Source: an uncultured delta proteobacterium (lineage in GTDB: Bacteria; Desulfobacterota; Binatia; UBA9968). From it: a stretch of 64,000 nt of DNA. The notes below the pieces were generated by a model. It worked only from the letters and a program-made list of their open reading frames with translations, made no database searches and was not told the origin of the DNA. The translations under genes and the position numbers were made by a program. The DNA lies in NCBI GenBank assembly GCA_963804165.1, contig CAWDPO010000002.1:128001-192000 (forward strand), written 5' to 3'. Below are positions 9,231 through 20,739 of the stretch, one piece after another. How positions within the stretch are numbered: the first letter of the stretch is position 1; each line of letters opens with the position of its first letter.

Positions 9231-11038
9231 CTATTTCTCCGCACCGCTTACCCGAATACCGAGTTCCCGAAGCTGGCGCGTCTCTACGCTCGACGGCGCG
9301 TCGGTGAGCATGCACACCGCGCGCTGGCTCTTGGGGAACGCGATCACGTCGCGCAGCGACTTGGCGCCGCTCAAGAGCATCGCCAGCCGATCGATACCGA
9401 AGGCAATGCCGCCGTGGGGCGGCGCCCCGAAACTCAAAGCCTCCAGAAAAAACCCAAACTTCGCTTCCGCTTCTTCGGCGCCGATGCCCATGAGGCCGAG
9501 AATTTTTTTCTGCAACTCCACTTGATGGATACGAATGCTGCCACCGCCGATCTCGATGCCGTTGAGCGCCAAATCGTACGCCTTGGATCGGCTCTTCGCG
9601 GGCTCGCTGTCGAGCAAAGGCAAATCCTCATCCAACGGCGACGTGAACGGATGATGCAGGGCAACGTAACGCTTTTCTTGAGGATCGAATTCCATCAGCG
9701 GAAAATCCACCACCCATACGAGCGCGTAATCTTTTTCCGGGATCAAACCGAGCTTTTCGCCCAAGTGCAGGCGCAGATTGCCGAGCGCATCGTGCACCAC
9801 CTTGGCGCGGTCGGCGGAGAATAGCACCACGTCGCCGACCTGTGCCTCCGCGATTTCTTCGATCGCCTTCTGTTCGGCCTCCGAAAGAAACTTCGCGATC
9901 GGCGATTGCCAACCTTCGGCGGTGATCTTGGTCCAGGCGATTCCTTTGGCGCCGAACGTCGCCACGAACGGGGTCATATCGTCCAAGTCTTTGCGCGACA
10001 GCGCCGCGCCGTTGGGAATGCGGATGCCTTTCACCACACCGCCGTTCTGAATCGCGCGCGGCAAACACCCGCGCCTGGCAATTGCGCAGAGCGTCGGTGA
10101 AATCCTTGATTTCCAAACCGAAGCGCAGTATCCGGCTTATCCGAGCCGAAGCGATTCATCGCCTGTTCGTAAGTCAAGCGCGCAAACGGACGCTTGAGCT
10201 CGATGCCTTTCAGCTCTTTGAATAAGAGCGAGATCATGCCCTCGACAACCTGCATCACGTCTTCGGGTTGGACGAACGACATTTCCATGTCGAGCTGGGT
10301 GAATTCCGGCTGGCGGTCGGCACGCAGGTCTTCATCGCGAAAACATTTGACGATCTGAAAGTAGCGGTCGAGTCCGCCGACCATGAGAATCTGCTTGAAT
10401 AATTGCGGCGACTGCGGCAGCGCATAAAACTTGCCGGGATAGATGCGGCTCGGAACCAAGTAATCGCGCGCGCCCTCCGGCGTGCTTTTGGTCAAAACCG
10501 GTGTTTCCACGTCGATAAATCCCAGGCCGTCGAGATAGTCGCGGATCGACTTCGTCATCCGATAGCGCAGCAGCAAATGACTCAAGCTCTGCGGCCGGCG
10601 CAGATCGAGATATCGGTATTTGAGCCGGGTGTTCTCGTTGGCGTCGGTTTCGTCTTCGATGACGAACGGCGGTACAGCCGACGCATTAAGCAAGCGCAGC
10701 TCGTTGCAAACCAGTTCCACTTCACCGGTAGCGTGATCGGGATTGATCGTCTCCGGCGATCTTTTGGACAGGGTCCCGCGTGCCGCGATGACGTCCTCGG
10801 AACGAATCTGTTTTGCTTTCTCGTGTGACGCGGCATCGACCTCCGGGCGAAATACCACCTGGCAAATACCGCTGCGGTCGCGCAGATCGACAAAAATAAC
10901 GCCGCCGTGGTCGCGGCGGCTATGAACCCAACCTACCAAGATCAGGTCACTGCCGACCGCAGCGGCGCGCGGTTCGCCGCAATAGCAGCTGCGTTTCCAG
11001 TCGCCCCACTGATCGCTAAACACTCTGTCCGTCGCCAT
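9231..11038 (-). CDS. aspS: aspartate--tRNA ligase (frameshifted near 10070-10130, probable sequencing error)
   Basis: [46 protein letters not shown] in ORF 10031..11038; [21 protein letters not shown] in ORF 9231..10064. Confidence 0.95.
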
Positions 11039-12324
11039 CAGCCCATCTTCCTGGCCAGCAACTCCGCCTCGATTCTGTCCAAACCGATTTCCTCCTGCCG
11101 TTTGCTGGCCATGTCGCGCAGCACCGCTTTGCCTTTGGCCAGCTCATCATCGCCGAGGATCAATACCGACGCTGCTTTGAATTTGTCGGCGCGGCGCATT
11201 TGACTCTTCAAGCTGCGCGCTTCGCCTTCCATCTCCACGTTCAGATTATTTTTGCGCAAGCGATGAACCAACGGAAAAGCCCAATCGCGCGCCTCCTCAC
11301 CGACCCAAACGACATAGAGGTTCGGGCCAGCGTTCGCCACGCTCTCTTGCATCTTGAGCAACATCGTCAGCCGCTCTATGCCCATGGCAAAGCCGACACC
11401 GGGAATCGCCGGCCCTCCGAGTTGCTCAACCAAACCGTCATAACGCCCGCCCGCGGCGATCGCGCTTTGGGAGCCCAGTTGCGCGGTGGTCCATTCGAAC
11501 GTCGTGCGGCAGTAGTAATCGAGGCCGCGCACCATGCGCGGATTGAGCGTGTATTTCACGCCTGTGCTGCGCAACGGCCGCTGCACGGAGTCAAAATGCT
11601 CGCGGCACGCGGCGCAGAGCGATTCGAGAATCGACGGCGCGTCTTTCGTTGCCTCGATGCAACCGGGCTCCTTGCAATCGAGTGCTCGCAGCGGATTGCG
11701 ATCAATGCGCCGCCGGCAATTGGCGCACAACGAATCCTCCCGCGCTTTTAAAAAGGCCAACAGCGTTTCGCGATACTGCGGCCGGCATGCCGCATCGCCG
11801 AGCGAATTGAGCTGCAGCGTTGGTTCGGTCAAACCGATGAAATCGAAAAAATCGTTGAGCAGGAGCAAGACTTCCGCGTCGATGAACGGATCGCCGCGCC
11901 CCAAAGCTTCAGCGCCGATTTGATGAAACTGGCGCATGCGGCCTTTCTGTGGCCGCTCGCGCCGAAACATCGGCCCCATGTAATAAAGTTTGCGCGCCGG
12001 TTCGACTTTATACATCTCAGCTTCCACGTAAGCGCGCACGACGCCAGCGGTGCCCTCCGGCCTCAGCGTGAGCTTGGTTCCTTCGGCATTGTTGTCAGTG
12101 CTCCGGCCGTCGCGATCTTCGAAAGTATACATCTCCTTTTCGACGATGTCCGTGGTTTCGCCGATGGACCGGCTGAACAGCTCGGTCTTTTCGACGATCG
12201 GAATGCGGATCTCGGCAAAGTTGTAGGCCGTAAAAACGCGGCGCGCCACCGCTTCCACCTGCTGCCAAGCGCCGACCTCTTCCGGCAGGATATCCGAGAA
12301 TCCCTTAATACTAGTGATCTTCAT
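11038..12324 (-). CDS. hisS: histidine--tRNA ligase
   Basis: LRPEGTA, FRRERPQKGRMRQFHQ, RGLDYY, GGRYDGL; start MKITSIKG. Confidence 0.97.
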   Translation of the reverse strand: MKITSIKGFSDILPEEVGAWQQVEAVARRVFTAYNFAEIRIPIVEKTELFSRSIGETTDIVEKEMYTFEDRDGRSTDNNAEGTKLTLRPEGTAGVVRAYVEAEMYKVEPARKLYYMGPMFRRERPQKGRMRQFHQIGAEALGRGDPFIDAEVLLLLNDFFDFIGLTEPTLQLNSLGDAACRPQYRETLLAFLKAREDSLCANCRRRIDRNPLRALDCKEPGCIEATKDAPSILESLCAACREHFDSVQRPLRSTGVKYTLNPRMVRGLDYYCRTTFEWTTAQLGSQSAIAAGGRYDGLVEQLGGPAIPGVGFAMGIERLTMLLKMQESVANAGPNLYVVWVGEEARDWAFPLVHRLRKNNLNVEMEGEARSLKSQMRRADKFKAASVLILGDDELAKGKAVLRDMASKRQEEIGLDRIEAELLARKMG

Positions 12325-12409
12325 CTGCGTTATCGGGTGAGTCTCAACCAAGACACCATAAGAAACCAGGCAGGTCAAGTTAACGATGATTGCGGCAACC
12401 AAGATGCGA

Positions 12410-13137
12410 CTAATCGGCGCGCGCCCGGTAACGGTATATTCGGCTCCGCCGCGTGGTGCCGTACAATTCGGCAAACAGAAAACCGCGAAAGGTCATCAGA
12501 TAGGTGAGGCCAAGACCGATCATGAAGGAATAAAGGAATAGACTCAGCACAGCCGGCAAGCCGAAAAGCAACGGCGCGCTGACCTCAAGCAGATAATAAC
12601 CCGCGACCGCCAATAGAATGTTTGGAATTAGCCACTCGATCCAATTTTCCACGATAAAATTATAGCTCGCGCTGATCAGCTCGAGCCCGGCTGTCCGACT
12701 TTGATAAATCAATTCCGGCACCGGATTGAGCAGAATGTATAGCCCGAGTTTGATCAACAGGTAAATCAGCGCGCCGTTGGGCGACGTCGCCAAAACCTCC
12801 GCAGCCGACGCGCATGGGAATCCACAGGATGAACGCGATCGTCATCAACTCCCACAAATAGACCATGAATCCGTTAAGAAAATCATTGAAATTAGCCTTG
12901 CCGCTTTCGACCATATTTTTGATCAGATAGAGACCCGAACTTGCGCAAGCTGCCCTCGCGATCGAATACAGCAGTCCGCCGATGATTCCCAATGGCGCCA
13001 CCAGCGAAAGCGACGATCGTTAAACCGACGCCGTAAGCGATCGGAGCGAAGCTGACGATCCAATTCTTGCGCACGCACTCCAACGAGCGCTTGAAGGCCC
13101 TGGCATAGAGCCAAAGCGTGGCCTGGAAGATTTGCAT
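12410..13137 (-). CDS. hypothetical integral membrane protein (frameshifted)
   Basis: Hydrophobic ORF pieces 12892..13212, 12660..13001 and 12410..12793 join into one protein starting MQIFQATLWLY. Confidence 0.7.
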
Positions 13138-13284
13138 TGCTCCCTTATATAGCAGATGCGTGACGTCGATGCAGCGCCAAACCGAAAAAATGGTCGATAT
13201 GGGCGTGGACATATGAAAACGGCTGCGTTATAAGCCTCGAAACCAAGGAATCTCACAATGAATTCTCGGCGAGGAGAGCGCCCC

Positions 13285-14271
13285 ATGAAAACATTCACGC
13301 TCTTGTTTCCGGTCTTGTTTTTCTTCGCGGCTGTCCACCTAGCGTCGGCGCAGAGCATCACACTTCGCTACGGCCAAATTCCCTCGACGATCAAGACGAT
13401 CTCCTCGCTGCAGTTCTACCTCGCCCAGCGCAAAGGTTTCTTTACCCGCGAAGGAATCCACCTCGAGATGGTGCCGATCGAAGGAGGCGCCGCGAATATG
13501 GTTGTCGCTCTCAACAAGGGAACCGTGGACATCACCCGCACCGCGACGCCCTATTTGATCCAGGACGTTCTCAAAGGCTCCGACAATGTCGCAATCCTCG
13601 GTGAAACGGCAACGCCGATCTACAGTTTAATCGTGAAACCCGATATCAAAACTTTTGCCGACTTAAAGGGGAAAAACGTCGGTCTTTCTCTGGCCGTAGA
13701 CACCATCTCCATATCAACGCGCAAACTTCTGGCGATGAACGGCGTCAAGGAAGGCGATTTCAAGGTCAAAGAGCTTGTCGGAACTCCGGCGCGAAGTGAT
13801 TGTCTCAAGAAAGGGGAATGCGACGCGGTGCCGCTCGGCCAACCGGAAGATCTCGTGTTAATGAAACAGGGCTATCGACGTCTCGGCGTGTCCACCGATG
13901 CCATGTCGAACTTTCAGTTTGTCGTCAGCGCGGTGCGGCGCTCCTGGGGCGAAAAGAACAAAGACGCACTGGTTCGCTACGTCCGCGCCTTGGCAACATC
14001 CTATCGCTACATGCGCGAGTCGGCGAACCGTGATGATGTCGTGCGTGTCGCCGTAGACACCACCGGCACATCCGAAGAAATCGCCCGGGAAACGCTCGCG
14101 CTTTACTTCGAGCCTGACCGCGGCGTCGTCCCCAAGCAGGGCGAGATCGACGTCAAGGGCTTTAGCGAGGTGATTCGCGTCATGGGCGAAGCTGGCGAGC
14201 TCAAGCCGCCCCTGCCCTCCGCCGAGCGTTTCATCGACTTGCAGTATCTGAAGGCAGCCGGTTTGCAGTAA
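13285..14271 (+). CDS. ABC transporter substrate-binding protein, NitT/TauT/SsuA type
   Basis: Signal peptide ASA-Q; KGFFTREGI, DLKGKNVG; no permease adjacent. Confidence 0.88.
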   Translation: MKTFTLLFPVLFFFAAVHLASAQSITLRYGQIPSTIKTISSLQFYLAQRKGFFTREGIHLEMVPIEGGAANMVVALNKGTVDITRTATPYLIQDVLKGSDNVAILGETATPIYSLIVKPDIKTFADLKGKNVGLSLAVDTISISTRKLLAMNGVKEGDFKVKELVGTPARSDCLKKGECDAVPLGQPEDLVLMKQGYRRLGVSTDAMSNFQFVVSAVRRSWGEKNKDALVRYVRALATSYRYMRESANRDDVVRVAVDTTGTSEEIARETLALYFEPDRGVVPKQGEIDVKGFSEVIRVMGEAGELKPPLPSAERFIDLQYLKAAGLQ

Positions 14272-14336
14272 TGACGCTGCGTGCCAACAACTCAACACCC
14301 CCCTAATCTAATAGATTGCTCAGAAAAGCCTCTGCA

Positions 14337-14643
14337 GGCTGCTCAAAAAGATCCAGAGGCGAGGCGCGCGAAAAAACGACGAGCGGAGGCGTACAATCAC
14401 ATCGGAGCGAGGCGATCGAGCGCAACGACAGACTGTGTGAAAACTCCGAAACTTTTAAGACGGTGGGAATAGGGAACCATATTCATGACGAAATTAACGA
14501 TCGTCATCCCTAAATCCGTTTCGTTCATGCTTCAAAGTGGGAGAACATGAGCGTCATTTTGGTCCGTCGCTTACTTTTCACACAGTCTGACGTTGACGCG
14601 AGGCGATTGAGCGAACGAAGCCTATGGGTCTTTTTCAGCAGCC
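14337..14643. mobile_element. outer MITE-like element
   Basis: Terminal inverted repeats ggctgctcaaaaaga / tctttttcagcagcc (1 mismatch); no ORF of transposase size. Confidence 0.7.
14429..14589. mobile_element. inner MITE nested in the outer element
   Basis: Perfect 15-bp TIR cagactgtgtgaaaa / ttttcacacagtctg; 161 bp. Confidence 0.75.
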
Positions 14644-14646
14644 AAT

Positions 14647-14937
14647 CTAGCAGGAATAAATGTGTACTTCGTTTTCTTCGATGCGCCGGCCGCGGGTGAT
14701 CAATTTCAAGAGGCTGCACACGTTTCGGCTCACGTCATTGATATTAGCGACCGGAAATCCGTCCTTAATATACCGACCGATGAACTTATCTTCGCCCATA
14801 TTTACGATCTGTAGATACTCGTCGTTGGTGCCTTCGAAGTAGTGCTTCGTTCCTGGCGCCGGATTAGCCAAATCGTCTTGCAACGCCTTGGTAATCTTTA
14901 TGCCCACGAACAGCCGCTTCGTCCCTTCGTCCATCAT
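14647..14937 (-). CDS. small hypothetical protein
   Basis: 96 aa globular-looking ORF with AAGGAG RBS. Confidence 0.7.
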   Translation of the reverse strand: MMDEGTKRLFVGIKITKALQDDLANPAPGTKHYFEGTNDEYLQIVNMGEDKFIGRYIKDGFPVANINDVSRNVCSLLKLITRGRRIEENEVHIYSC

Positions 14938-15027
14938 CTGTCTCCTTCGCTACGGTCATTATCATAGCCGAGCCGAAACAACCACACCGTACGAGACAGA
15001 GGCTTCCCCTCGCTGCGCCACGCCACG

Positions 15028-15278
15028 TCACGTAACTTTCCCGGTTGACGCTTGCTCCGATCGACTCCGATAAAACCCGATTTGCACCCTTTCCACGGTC
15101 GCCAACCCGTCCGAAATCGCGCGGTCGATGACCGGCAAGAACGCCTCGATTTTTTCCGTCGTATCGATGATTTCGACAATGGACAGATCGGTCGAGAGCT
15201 CCAAGATCTTGGCGGTGCGCACACGACTGCGCGCGCCAAAGCCTTCCACACCGCGCAGCACGTAGCCCCCGCTAGACC
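15028..15278 (-). pseudogene. DUF190 (PII-like) protein, 5'-truncated
   Basis: GLAGAT/VLRGVEGFG...TAKILELSTDL...EIIDTTEKIEAFLP matches the DUF190 C-terminal part; N-terminus not found. Confidence 0.7.
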
Positions 15279-15575
15279 TCCCGTCCTGAAGTGAAACTAA
15301 AAGACCCCTACCTCAATCCAATCAAAGTAGGGGTCATCAATTCGCCGTTGCGAATGGTTTACTGGCGAACCCCATCGCCTCAAATCTATCGCATTATTTG
15401 TTCAAAAACGCCGCCAAGTCAATTTAAAGGATGGACACATGAGAACGGCGTCGATCGCCCTCGCGCAAATTAGCTGGGGAAAAACAACTCTTGCCATGCG
15501 ACCGACGGCGCTGCTTTCGTTTACCCACAAAAAACGGTTACTCTCGTCCGATCACCGGATGATGAAAGGCGTACC

Positions 15576-16455
15576 ATGAAGATCAAATCGAAGGAGTTTC
15601 GCGTCGTTGAAGGCGATAAGGTTAACCTCAAAAAGTGGCCGACCAAGGTGAACCGTTATTACACATCAAAGAAACAACTAAGAAAAATGCTGCGCGCCCA
15701 CGTCAAAGAGATGAGCGAACTGCAAAATCTCCTCTACGCCTCCAACAGTTATGCCGTGCTGCTGATCTTCCAGGCGATGGATGCCGCCGGCAAGGATAGC
15801 GCGATCAAACATGTAATGTCCGGAGTCAATCCTCAAGGTTGCCAGGTGTTCAGTTTCAAGCATCCGAGCCTCGAAGAGTTGGACCATGATTTTTTGTGGC
15901 GCACCACGCGCGCACTGCCCGAACGTGGCCGAATCGGGATTTTCAACCGCTCTCACTACGAGGAAGTTCTTATCGTTCGAGTCCATCCCGAACTTCTGCG
16001 TGCCGAAGGTATTCCCGATGAAGCGCTCGACGACAAGACAATCTGGCGCGACCGATATCGATCGATCCGTCATTTCGAGGCCCATCTGCACCGCAACGGC
16101 ACGCGAATCGTCAAGTTTTTTCTCCATCTTTCCAAAGAGGAACAGCGCAAACGTTTTCTCGCCCGCATCGACGAGCCGGATAAGAACTGGAAATTTAGCA
16201 GGTCAGACGTCGAAGAAAGAAAATACTGGGACGACTATATGAATGCCTAATGAATGCCTATGAAGCCTGCCTGAACGCCACGAGTATGCGCCATTCACCC
16301 TGGTATATCGTCCCGGCCGATGACAAGGGAACGCGCGACTGATCATTTCACGAATCATTCTCGATACTCTTCGCGGATTGAAGATGAAGTACCCAACTAT
16401 TACTGAAAAACAGCGCAAAGAACTGCGCGCTCTGCGCCGGCTGCTGGCTAAATAA
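15576..16455 (+). CDS. ppk2: polyphosphate kinase 2 (class III), interrupted near its 3' end
   Basis: [34 protein letters not shown]; continues YEACL...[10 protein letters not shown] after an 11-nt duplication. Confidence 0.92.
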
Positions 16456-16691
16456 AGGATGTTTGTCCATCGATTACCGACGGAGGCTCGAAGATCGTCG
16501 CAGCAAACGGCCTGGATCGGTATTTTCTCGCCGCGCTGGTTTGAATCCGTTAGCGCTGGCCGCTCCCTGCCATTTGCTTGCGGCGTGGCGGGCAGCAGAC
16601 CATGGGCGATTTGCCGCGACGCGTCGACGTGAATATACTCATGAAACCCAGCCGCGCCGTTGAGCGTCGAGGGCAACGAAGGGAATCAGCG

Positions 16692-17714
16692 ATGAGAGTA
16701 AAATCAACTTTGAGGACCGCCGCGCTTATGTTTACGCTACTGAGTGCGGCGCATGCGCATGGCGGAGCGACGGCGGATGCCGCCCTCAAGAAGGGCTTTA
16801 TTCGGTGCGGCGTCAACACCGGCCTTGCCGGCTTCGCGCAGCCGGATAGCAACGGCGAATGGCGCGGCATCGACGTCGATCTTTGCCGCGCCGTCGGCGG
16901 CTGCGCTGTTCGGCGATGCGCGAAAAGTTCGCTACACGCCGTTGACCGCGCAACAGCGCTTCACCGCTTTGCAGTCGGGCGAAGTGGACATTCTTTCGCG
17001 CAATACCACCTGGACCTTCGACGCGCGACGCCAGTCTCGGACTCAACTTCGTCGGCATCAATTTCTACGACGGCCAGGGGTTCATGGTGACAAAAAAACT
17101 TAACGTAAAAAGCGCGAAGCAATTGACCGGCGCCGCTATTTGCGTGCAACCCGGCACCACCACCGAGCTCAATCTCGCCGACTACTTTCGCGCTCAAAAG
17201 TATGAAATTCAAGCCGGTGGTGATCGAGAAATTCGAAGAGGTGCTCAATGCCTATTTCGCCGGGCGTTGCGATGTCTTCACCACCGACGTGTCCGGACTG
17301 GTCGCGGCTACGCGCGTCGCGCGCGGCCAATCCCGGCGACCACGTCATCCTGCCGGAGGTGATTTCCAAAGAGCCCTTCGGTCCGGCGGTGCGCCACGGC
17401 GACGATCATTGGTTTGACGTCGTCAAATGGACGCTGTTCGCCACGATCGAAGCCGAAGAGCTCGGCCTTACGTCGAAGAACATCGAACAGCAAGCGCAAA
17501 GCGCCAGATCCGGTCGATCCAGCGATTCGTCGGCGCCAAGGGCGACTTCGGCAAGATGCTCGGCCTGGACAATCGCTGGGCTTACAACATCATCAAACAG
17601 GTGGGCAACTACGGCGAGAGCTTCGATCGCAACCTGACGCCGCTGGGTCTCGACCGCGGCCTCAACAAGCTATGGAATCGCGGCGGCCTCATGTACGCGC
17701 CGCCGATGCGCTGA
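16692..17714 (+). CDS. aapJ: general L-amino acid ABC transporter substrate-binding protein (frameshifted)
   Basis: CGVNTGLAGF, GIDVDLCRA, RFTALQSGEVDILSRNTTWT, ISKEP, VGNYGE, GGLMYAPP across several frames. Confidence 0.88.
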
Positions 17715-17795
17715 CCGCAGCGGCAGTCGCAAGAACTCCATCCGTCTTGAAACTCGTGAATCGCAACGTGTCACTGGCGCCGGCGAAAGCAATTC

Positions 17796-18799
17796 ATGGC
17801 GTCCTTGAATCAGCTGCGCAGTTCGATCGCGGCGCTCTATCAAGCCTTGCTGGCGGCCGCCATTATCCTCGCTGCTTGGTATTTCATTGCCAACGCGCTG
17901 GACAATCTGCTTGCGCGGCGGATCGCCAGCGGCTTTGGTTTTCTCGCGTCGCGAGGCCGGCTTCGAGATCGGCGAAACCACATTTCTTTCCTACAACGCT
18001 GCCGACACCTACCTAAGAGCGCTGGCGGTCGGCTTGCTCAATACCTTCCGGGTCGCGACCCTGGCGATCATTTTTTCGACCTTCATCGGCGCGCTCATCG
18101 GTTTGGCGCGTTTATCGCCCAACTGGCTGCTTGGCAAAGATCGCCGCAGGCTATGTCGAAACTGCTCCGCAACGTGCCCTTGGTCGTGCAACTGTTTTTC
18201 TGGTACGCCGTGATCACCGAGAGCTCTGCCCGCGCCGGCCGAGGCGCTGAATCCGCTGCCGGGCGTATTTCTCAGCAATCGCGGCTTGGCAGTTCCCCTC
18301 AATCGTCGCAACTGCTCCCATTCGAAGCTGGAATATCCCGCTTGCTCAGCGGATTTAATTTTTCCGGCGGCGGTTGTGTTGTCGCCGGAATTCGCCGCGT
18401 TGTTTCTTGGCCTGGCGCTTTATACCGCCGCGTTTATCAGCGAAATCGTCCGCGCCGGAATCCTCGCCGTCGACCGCGGCCAAGTTCGAGGCGGCTGCAT
18501 TCGCTCGGCCATCGGTGAAGCCCAGCTCATGTGCTTTATCATCCTGCCCCAAGCGCTGCGCGTGATCGTACCGCCGCTCACGAGCCAATACTTGAACTGC
18601 ACCAAAAACAGTTCCCTGGCCGTGGCGATCGGCTATCCCGATCTGGTTTCCATCGCCAATACGACGATCAACCAAACCGGCCAAGCCATCGAAGGCATCG
18701 CCATCATCATGCTCGTTTATCTAACGATCAGCCTGGCGATCTCCGGCTTCATGAACTGGTACAACCGCCGCATTCGCGCTGCGGGGAGCCAAGCGATGA
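17796..18799 (+). CDS. aapQ: amino acid ABC transporter permease AapQ (frameshifted)
   Basis: SGFGFL, VGLLNT, RNVPL, PEF, AFISEIVRAGI, KNSSLAVAIGYPDL. Confidence 0.85.
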
Positions 18800-19905
18800 A
18801 CCGCAACGGCGATCGACGCCGCGCACGGCGGCACTGCAGCATGGCTGCGCGACAGGTTGTTTTCCAGTTGGCCGAGTTCGATGGCGACCCTCGCGATTCT
18901 CTATCTTGCTTGGAAGGTCGTGCCGGCACTGATCGACTGGGCGCTGGTCCGCGCCGTCTGGTCGCCGCATAAGCGCGCGTCTGTGTCGCGAGTGCCACCG
19001 GCCAGCGGCGCCTGTTGGGCGTTCGTCGCCGACAAGTACCGCTTTATTTTATTCGGCACCTTTCCGCATGACCAACAGTGGCGACCCGCCTTGGTGATCG
19101 CGATCTTGCTCGCGACTTTACGCCGTGAGCGCATTGGCAAACACTGCGCGCGATCCCGCTTGCTCTCTTTGGCTCGCAGGCATGAGCGGCGATCGGCGTA
19201 CTTATGTGGGGCGGCATTTTCGGCCTGAGGTACGTCGAAAACGAACGCTGGGGCGGGCTGACGCTGACGCTCCTGCTCAGCACCTTCGGCATCGCCTTCG
19301 CGTTTCCACTGTCGATTCTATTGGCGCTCGGGAGGCGCTCCGAAATGCCGCTGGTTCGTTGGCTCTCCATCGCCTACATCGAATTGATTCGCGGCGTGCC
19401 GCTGATCTCCGTTCTGTTTATGGCCTCCGTCATGTTTCCGCTTTTTCTGCCGGCCGGGAGTGTCCATCGACAAGCTGCTGCGCGCCCAGCTGGCGATGAT
19501 CTTATTTGCCGCAGCCTATCTTGCCGAAGTGGTGCGCGGCGGCCTGCAAGCGATTCCTCGCCAGCAAGACGAAGCGGCCCAAGCTCTCGGACTCACGCTA
19601 CTGGCAGCGCACGTGGTTACGTTAATCTGCCGCAAGCGCTGCCCATCGCTATTCCGCCGTTGGTCAATACCTTCATCGGCTTTTTCAAGGACACATCGCT
19701 GGTCGTGATCATCGGGCTCTTCGATTTTCTGACGACGATCAAAGTTTCTCTCAGCGAACCGGCCTGGACCGGATTCGGCGTCGAGGCATACTTATTTGCC
19801 GCCTTGGGCTATTTTCTTTTCTGTTATCCCATGTCGCGATATAGCCAAGCCCTTGAGCGGCAAGGAGCGCGCGGCACGGGGATAAATAATCTGCGGGAGA
19901 ATTGA
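18796..19905 (+). CDS. aapM: amino acid ABC transporter permease AapM (frameshifted)
   Basis: GACWAF, WGGLTLTL, LALGRRS, RGVPLI, AEVVRGGLQAIP, FKDTSLV; ATGA overlap with aapQ. Confidence 0.85.
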
Positions 19906-20268
19906 GATCTAAACTCGCGCGCGAAAGCGTCCTCGCGGCGTTTCATCTGTGCCTGGGGATCCATTCCCTAAAGATCACATCGGCACGCTCAGACAAATTC
20001 TTACGCGACTCGCCGTATCGCTGAAGAAGCGATTTCCACTTCTCATGTTGACATGCGTGATCGCCAGGGTTCAGTCGGAAACAGGATCATAACCGCATAC
20101 CCCGAGTCACGCCTGAAAGATTGTTGCCGCCGATCGGTAAAGGGCACCGAAAGTCGCAGCCGACGATCATATCCAGCGCTATCTTGCCTGCGCGCAAATG
20201 GAATGAGGAGTTATCTCGGGAGGGGTGAATCGGTCGTGTGGAGTCGAATTCGATACTGTCCGCGCTTT

Positions 20269-20391
20269 TTACCGGAAGTATTGCACGTTCCTTCTGCGCC
20301 TCTTCGGTTTCGCTACACTGATAAATATGACGAACGCGATTACCGGCACCGCAACCATAATCAAAACGAGCGTTATGAGATCAGTGTACAT
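20269..20391 (-). CDS. 40-aa single-pass membrane small protein
   Basis: Below ORF-track cutoff: MYTDLITLVLIMVAVPVIAFVIFISVAKPKRRRRNVQYFR*; AGGAAGGA RBS upstream. Confidence 0.55.
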   Translation of the reverse strand: MYTDLITLVLIMVAVPVIAFVIFISVAKPKRRRRNVQYFR

Positions 20392-20739
20392 TGCAATCCT
20401 TCCTGACACGAGCCTCTGAGCAACTCGGATGCCAGGCAACAAAGCCAATAAAATCGGACGGTTACCCGCAGATAGTGGATGGCCTGTGGTGTCAAATTAC
20501 GACACGGATGTCACAGTTGGCATTGGCAAAAGTCACGTAAGTTTGTGATTTTCACCTTTCCTGGACTGGCCATCGGCGAATTAACACCGTCCGAAGTATT
20601 GGCAAAAAGTACGGGTGAGACTGCAGACAGATCCTTTAAAATGAAAAAAATTAACAAAGCTTTGCGGCGAAACCATGGGAGCAACTGTATTGCTCACAGC
20701 AGTTTACCGATGGAATTAATTCAAGGAAGCCCGGGTTGC

